Assembly: GCA_964467335.1 (NCBI GenBank)
Contig: CAYXPX010000001.1
Location: 12,320-49,591, forward strand
Length of the DNA stretch: 37,272 bases
Direction of reading: 5' to 3'
Source: Candidatus Woesearchaeota archaeon
Lineage (GTDB): Archaea; Nanobdellota; Nanobdellia; SCGC-AAA011-G17; GW2011-AR18
Made by a program: the position numbers and the translations under genes
Notes under the pieces: generated by a model
The model's database searches: none
Seen by the model: the letters and a program-made list of their open reading frames with translations, nothing else
Told to the model about the DNA's origin: nothing
Shown: positions 33,422 to 37,272 of the stretch, piece after piece
Numbering within the stretch: the stretch's first letter is position 1
How the letters are laid out: each line of letters starts with the position of its first letter

Positions 33422-33437
33422 GGTGACATATGTCACC
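33422..33437. repeat. perfect 16-nt palindrome GGTGACATATGTCACC
   Basis: Read directly from the sequence. It lies between the EndoIII-like stop (33449) and the region upstream of the tRNA. Confidence 0.8.
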
Positions 33438-33448
33438 AGTACTATAAG

Positions 33449-34198
33449 TTATAGTTTTTTATAATGACTGCAATTGTTTTTTATTGGACAGCTTTTGCAT
33501 TGCGGTATCTTTTTGCAGTGTCTTTTTCCATGTTCAACAAGCAGCGCATGATATTCATTGAATAACTGGCTGTTATTATCTAAATTATTTTGAAAAATTT
33601 GCTGCAGGTTGTCATAGGAAATATTTTCATTGCATAACCCTATTCTAGAAAAAATTCTTTTTGTATAGGCATCAATGACAAAAATTGGTCTTTGGTAAGC
33701 ATATAATAACATTGAGTCTGCAGTTTCTCTTCCAACTCCCCAGACAGAAAGCAGATTTTCTCTGCTAATTTCTTTTCCTGAATCTAAGAACGTAATAAAT
33801 TCTTTAATTTTTTTTGCTTTTTGGTTATTGTAGCCTGAGCTTTTTATTAATTCTGCTAGTTTAGCAGAGTTTATTAATATTAATTTATCTCTCTTTAACA
33901 AGTTGTTTTCTCTTAAATTTTTTAGTGCCTTTTCAGCATTTTTCCATGAAGTATTTTGGGTTAGAATTGCCCCCAGGCAAATTTCAAACCTTTGCGCATC
34001 ATTTTTAGGTAAGATGTAATCCTTTTGATGATATTCAATCTTGCCTGTTTTACCATTAAACAGGGGCCACCAGCCCTGATAGCCATACTCAGCTAAAAGC
34101 TTTTTGTATATTTCTTCTAGCTCCCTTTTATAGTTTTTTGCTATTTTTTTGTCCAAACCAACTTGAAGAGGTATATTTTCATCAGCCAGGAATTTCAT
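33449..34198 (-). CDS. endonuclease III-related HhH-GPD family protein (COG2231-like) with a foreign N-terminal stub
   Basis: GWWPLF...FEICLGAILTQNTSWKNAEKAL, the HhH segment LLSVWGVGRETADSMLLYA, a catalytic-region Asp (VIDAYTKRIFSRIG), and a C-terminal Cys cluster (HCKKIPQCKSCPIKNNC). Confidence 0.75.
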   Translation of the reverse strand: MKFLADENIPLQVGLDKKIAKNYKRELEEIYKKLLAEYGYQGWWPLFNGKTGKIEYHQKDYILPKNDAQRFEICLGAILTQNTSWKNAEKALKNLRENNLLKRDKLILINSAKLAELIKSSGYNNQKAKKIKEFITFLDSGKEISRENLLSVWGVGRETADSMLLYAYQRPIFVIDAYTKRIFSRIGLCNENISYDNLQQIFQNNLDNNSQLFNEYHALLVEHGKRHCKKIPQCKSCPIKNNCSHYKKL

Positions 34199-34200
34199 TA

Positions 34201-34437
34201 TTATAAAGGATAAATTGATTCTAACTTAAGAGAGTGAGCTGAGTATTCCAAAGCAGCATGTATATCTTTTTCTTTTAATTGGGGGTAATTTTTAAGTATG
34301 TCATCTACACTCCATTTTTGGGCCAATAACTCAAGTATAAAATCAACACTTATTCTCGTACCTTTTATTATAGGTTTTCCTACTAAAATATTAGGATTTA
34401 CTTCTATAATTTTTCTCCAATCATTTGTATTTTTCAT
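34201..34437 (-). CDS. DUF433-family protein (antitoxin-like)
   Basis: 78 aa. NPNILVGKPIIKGTRISVDFILELLAQKWSVDDILKNYPQLKEKDIHAALEYS follows the DUF433 pattern. Confidence 0.7.
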   Translation of the reverse strand: MKNTNDWRKIIEVNPNILVGKPIIKGTRISVDFILELLAQKWSVDDILKNYPQLKEKDIHAALEYSAHSLKLESIYPL

Positions 34438-34550
34438 ATAGTATTTTAACTCAGCTTATTTATATAATTTGCGCAAAAAATTGTCATTATGCTGTCCTTG
34501 ATTAGTAAGACTTAATTTTCCAGACTTGATATCATTATAATAAAATAAAT

Positions 34551-34889
34551 TTACAGCAGCTTAAGTTCTTTTGTAATCTTGTCTATCTTCTCGTCATCAT
34601 CAGGGCCAATTGCGCATACTGTCACAGTCCCTGGTTCAACAGTTGTTCTTCCTGCATCTGTAATCAGGGCAGTAACCAGGCCAAAATCCTTTGCAATCTG
34701 GTTGTATTTTTGTAATTCTTTTAAATCTTTGACTTTAAGAATGATCTTGGCCATGCCGTCTTTTCTCCATTCGTTAACTTTGTTTTTATCGCTTCTAAGA
34801 ACAGCTTCAACAGAGGCATGCGCACATTGTGCTGCCATCTTTCCCTTTGGCAGTTTTAAATCCTGCCTTGCAATTATCGCCTGTTTCAA
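34551..34889 (-). CDS. pth: peptidyl-tRNA hydrolase, archaeal type (Pth2)
   Basis: 112 aa. Contains RQDLKLPKGKMAAQCAHAS, ITDAGRTTVEPGTVTVCAIGP. Confidence 0.88.
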   Translation of the reverse strand: MKQAIIARQDLKLPKGKMAAQCAHASVEAVLRSDKNKVNEWRKDGMAKIILKVKDLKELQKYNQIAKDFGLVTALITDAGRTTVEPGTVTVCAIGPDDDEKIDKITKELKLL

Positions 34890-36646
34890 CTTATCCTCCT
34901 GAGCTCCCCGACAATCTCTTTAATCAAATCAAATCCGCTCTGCCAAAATTTTTCATCTTCAATGTCAATTCCTATCTCTTTTAATATTTTGCCTGGATTC
35001 TCTGAACCGCCATAGCTTAAAATTTTTAAGTATTTGGGAACAAAAGATTTTCCCTCTTTTTTATATTTTTCATACAGGGCTAAAACAAGCAAATTTCCAA
35101 AAGTGTAAGCATAGCAGTAAAATGGAGAATGATAGATATGCGGGATTGAAGTCCATTCATACTTAAACTCATCTGGCACTGTCAAAGAATTGCCGAATTG
35201 CTCTTTTAGATTTTCAAGATAGGCCTTGTTCAAAGAATCCAGGTCTGTGCCTTTGTTTATCATTTCATGCGCCTTAATCTCAAATAAAATAAAATAAGCC
35301 TGCCTGATGACTGTAGCATAAGTGTCATCCAGCTTTTGGATCAGCAAGCTCTTCTTTATCTCCCTGTCTTTGGTTTCTTTGATTAATTTGTCAAACAAAA
35401 GCATCTCTCCAAAGACAGAAGCAGTCTCAGCTAAAACTAATGGCGGATGTGCAGTTAAAATAGAATGATTGTCAGCCAATAAATCATGAACCCCGTGTCC
35501 AAACTCATGGGCTATGGTAAAAACATCCCTCATGTGATCGTTATGATTCAGCAGAACATAAGGCACAACACCAGGAGCAATATACATGCAGTAAGCCCCG
35601 CCCATTTTGTTTTTTCTGGTTTCATAATCAACATGGTTAGCTTCAACAATCTTCCTGGCTAATTCATGCATCTTGCCTGAATACTGTTTATAGGCATCAA
35701 AAACTAATTTTTGTGATTCAGCATAGCTGAATTTCTTTTTTTTCTCTTTATAAGAAGTGTAAATGTCATATCTCTTCATATTTTTAATTTTGCATAACCT
35801 GGCTTTCAGCTTAAAATATTCCTGGAACAAAAACCTGTTTTTTCTGCAGACATTTAGCAGAGTTTCAATTGCCTTGGCGCTTACATCGTTGGAAATATTC
35901 CTGGGAGAAATTGGTTCCTTATATTTTCTTAAGTCAACATTTTCATTCTTCCAGTCAAGAACAACGTTCCTGTAAATCTCATTTAAAACATCAGAATGCT
36001 TGGAATAAACATTATACATCTCCTGATAAGCTGCTTTTCTCACATCTGCCCTGGTATCTTTGACATAACTTGTTAATTCATCTCTGGTTAGCTCTTTTTT
36101 TCTGCCGTCAGTCTTTAAATTAAAAACAAAGCCATTTGTGATTGTATCATATAACTTTATCAGGGCATTTCCGCCGGTAACATCCTTAAGATTTATTAAT
36201 TTCTCTTCTGGCTCAGACAAGGTATATGGCTTTAAAATTCTTATATACTCCAGATAATATTTGTAATCTTTTGGGACTTCATTGATAATCCTGCTGGTAT
36301 TTTTATCATCCAGGCTCTTGAACCACAAATTAAAAAACATAATCCTGTTGCAGACATTGACAGATAACTGCTCGGCTGTAGCCCTGAATTTTTTTGCCTG
36401 CTGGTCAGAAGTATCTTCGGAAAACCAGAGATAAGCATAATCAGTTAATCTGGAAATTAATTCAGATATTTTCTCTTCTGCTTTTATTATCAGCATAAAA
36501 TCATCCGCAGAAATTTCTGGTTTTAGTTTATCTCTAAAAAGTTCGATAAATTTAACATTTTTTTCTAAATTTTCTAATAATAAGTTATATTCACGGGAAT
36601 TTATATCAGGTAAAATGTCCTTTTTATTCCATGTTTTTTTAGCCAC
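34886..36646 (-). CDS. pepF: oligoendopeptidase F (M3B metallopeptidase)
   Basis: HEFGHGVH zinc motif with a downstream ETASVFGE, and M3B-like length. The start is placed at GTG 36646 (MAKKTWNKKD), 21 nt downstream of TTTTTATA. The longer ORF to 36814 overlaps aspS and looks spurious. Confidence 0.82.
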   Translation of the reverse strand: MAKKTWNKKDILPDINSREYNLLLENLEKNVKFIELFRDKLKPEISADDFMLIIKAEEKISELISRLTDYAYLWFSEDTSDQQAKKFRATAEQLSVNVCNRIMFFNLWFKSLDDKNTSRIINEVPKDYKYYLEYIRILKPYTLSEPEEKLINLKDVTGGNALIKLYDTITNGFVFNLKTDGRKKELTRDELTSYVKDTRADVRKAAYQEMYNVYSKHSDVLNEIYRNVVLDWKNENVDLRKYKEPISPRNISNDVSAKAIETLLNVCRKNRFLFQEYFKLKARLCKIKNMKRYDIYTSYKEKKKKFSYAESQKLVFDAYKQYSGKMHELARKIVEANHVDYETRKNKMGGAYCMYIAPGVVPYVLLNHNDHMRDVFTIAHEFGHGVHDLLADNHSILTAHPPLVLAETASVFGEMLLFDKLIKETKDREIKKSLLIQKLDDTYATVIRQAYFILFEIKAHEMINKGTDLDSLNKAYLENLKEQFGNSLTVPDEFKYEWTSIPHIYHSPFYCYAYTFGNLLVLALYEKYKKEGKSFVPKYLKILSYGGSENPGKILKEIGIDIEDEKFWQSGFDLIKEIVGELRRIS

Positions 36647-36667
36647 GAAAATATAAAAGATATTGCA

Positions 36668-36675
36668 TATAAAAA
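36668..36675 (-). promoter_or_regulatory. TATA box (TTTTTATA) for pepF
   Basis: 21 nt separate it from GTG 36646. Confidence 0.35.
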
Positions 36676-36688
36676 CTTTGCCATAAGT

Positions 36689-36696
36689 TTTATAAA
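36689..36696 (+). promoter_or_regulatory. TATA box (TTTATAAA) for aspS
   Basis: 24 nt separate it from ATG 36721. It lies back to back with the pepF promoter. Confidence 0.4.
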
Positions 36697-36720
36697 GATA
36701 CTTAAGGGTAAAAACAAGGC

Positions 36721-37272
36721 ATGGCATCAACAGCATTAAGGACACACACCTGCTGCGAATTAAACAGGCAGTGTCTAAAAAAAGAAGTAAAAATATGCGG
36801 ATGGATTGACTCAAGAAGGGACCACGGCGGCATAATTTTTATAGATTTGAGAGACAGATACGGTCTTACACAGGTAAGGTTTGATCCAAAAAAAATTCCT
36901 GAAGCAGAGAAACTTAGGAGAGAGTGGTGCATCCAGGTTTATGGAAACGTTATTGCAAGGCCCAAGGGAATGGAAAATGCAAAATTAAAAACAGGGGATA
37001 TAGAGGTTGATGCCGCCTCGCTGAACATATTAAACGAATCTGAAACACCTCCGTTCGAGATTGATGATAAGATAGAAACAAATGAAGAATTAAGATTAAA
37101 ATATAGATATCTGGATTTAAGAAGGCCTGTAATGCAGCAGAGACTTTTAACAAGGCACAAGGCGTCGCAGGCAGCAAGAGAATATCTTTCATCCCAGAAT
37201 TTTCTCGAGATAGAAACGCCAATGCTTGTAAAGACAACACCAGGTGGCGCAAGAGAAAATAAAAAAACGTAA
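36721..37272 (+). CDS. aspS: aspartyl-tRNA synthetase, N-terminal part (bacterial-type features); the ORF ends in a stop at the window edge
   Basis: RTHTCCELN...VKICGWIDSRRDHGGIIFIDLRDRYGLTQV (OB fold), EELRLKYRYLDLRRP, and motif 1 FLEIETPML. The sequence then reads TPGGARENKKT-stop instead of continuing into the catalytic core. Confidence 0.75.
   Translation: MASTALRTHTCCELNRQCLKKEVKICGWIDSRRDHGGIIFIDLRDRYGLTQVRFDPKKIPEAEKLRREWCIQVYGNVIARPKGMENAKLKTGDIEVDAASLNILNESETPPFEIDDKIETNEELRLKYRYLDLRRPVMQQRLLTRHKASQAAREYLSSQNFLEIETPMLVKTTPGGARENKKT

Noticed and set aside
36647-36814. N-terminal 56-aa extension of the pepF ORF (MSQSIRIFLLLFLDTACL...).
   Set aside because: It overlaps the divergent aspS start and both promoters, is hydrophobic low-complexity sequence, and has no counterpart in M3B peptidases. 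The GTG at 36646 with a TATA box 21 nt upstream fits better.
1-37272. Search by eye for rRNA genes, CRISPR arrays, transposases, integrases, reverse transcriptases or phage structural genes.
   Set aside because: None were seen. The only mobile-type elements are the intein homing endonuclease and the toxin-antitoxin remnants.

Overview
Visibly AT-rich archaeal genome segment with short intergenic spacers and mostly leaderless promoters. The core proteins are fast-evolving, which is consistent with a small-genome DPANN-type archaeon; this lineage call is inference only. The backbone on the minus strand (about 33.3 kb down to 13.3 kb) is the canonical archaeal RNA-polymerase/str superoperon: tRNA, rpoH, rpoB'' (with intein), rpoB', rpoA', rpoA'', rpl30e, nusA, rps12, rps7, aEF-2. 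The conserved order is interrupted four times by lineage-specific genes. (1) A 142-aa unknown ORF is wedged between rpoB' and rpoA'. (2) An 818-aa hyper-acidic lipoprotein-like protein with DxDxDG repeats lies between nusA and rps12. (3) A Cys-rich lipoprotein-like gene is translationally coupled between rps12 and rps7. (4) A 3.7-kb island lies between rps7 and aEF-2, carrying VapBC-like genes, a TraB/Tiki-like fusion protein and three unknown ORFs. The most striking observation is that the rpoA' ORF is about 110 aa short. By hand alignment it lacks the segment that carries the universally conserved NADFDGDEMN metal-binding loop, and no frame in the window encodes that motif. Other notable items are listed here. 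There is a 501-aa LAGLIDADG intein in RpoB''. A tRNA (probably Phe-GAA) has two intervening sequences, one a good bulge-helix-bulge intron at position 59/60. A phosphoketolase plus acetate kinase pair is present. An orphan DUF433 antitoxin is followed by a toxin remnant fused to an EndoIII-like gene. A PAS-wHTH / GT-like / GH57-like / MinD-like cluster has apparently degenerate catalytic motifs. An identical 20-nt promoter element sits upstream of proS and rps12. Flanking housekeeping genes are proS, translin, pth2, pepF and aspS. No rRNA, CRISPR array or transposase was seen. All family calls come from motif reading by eye, not from database searches.
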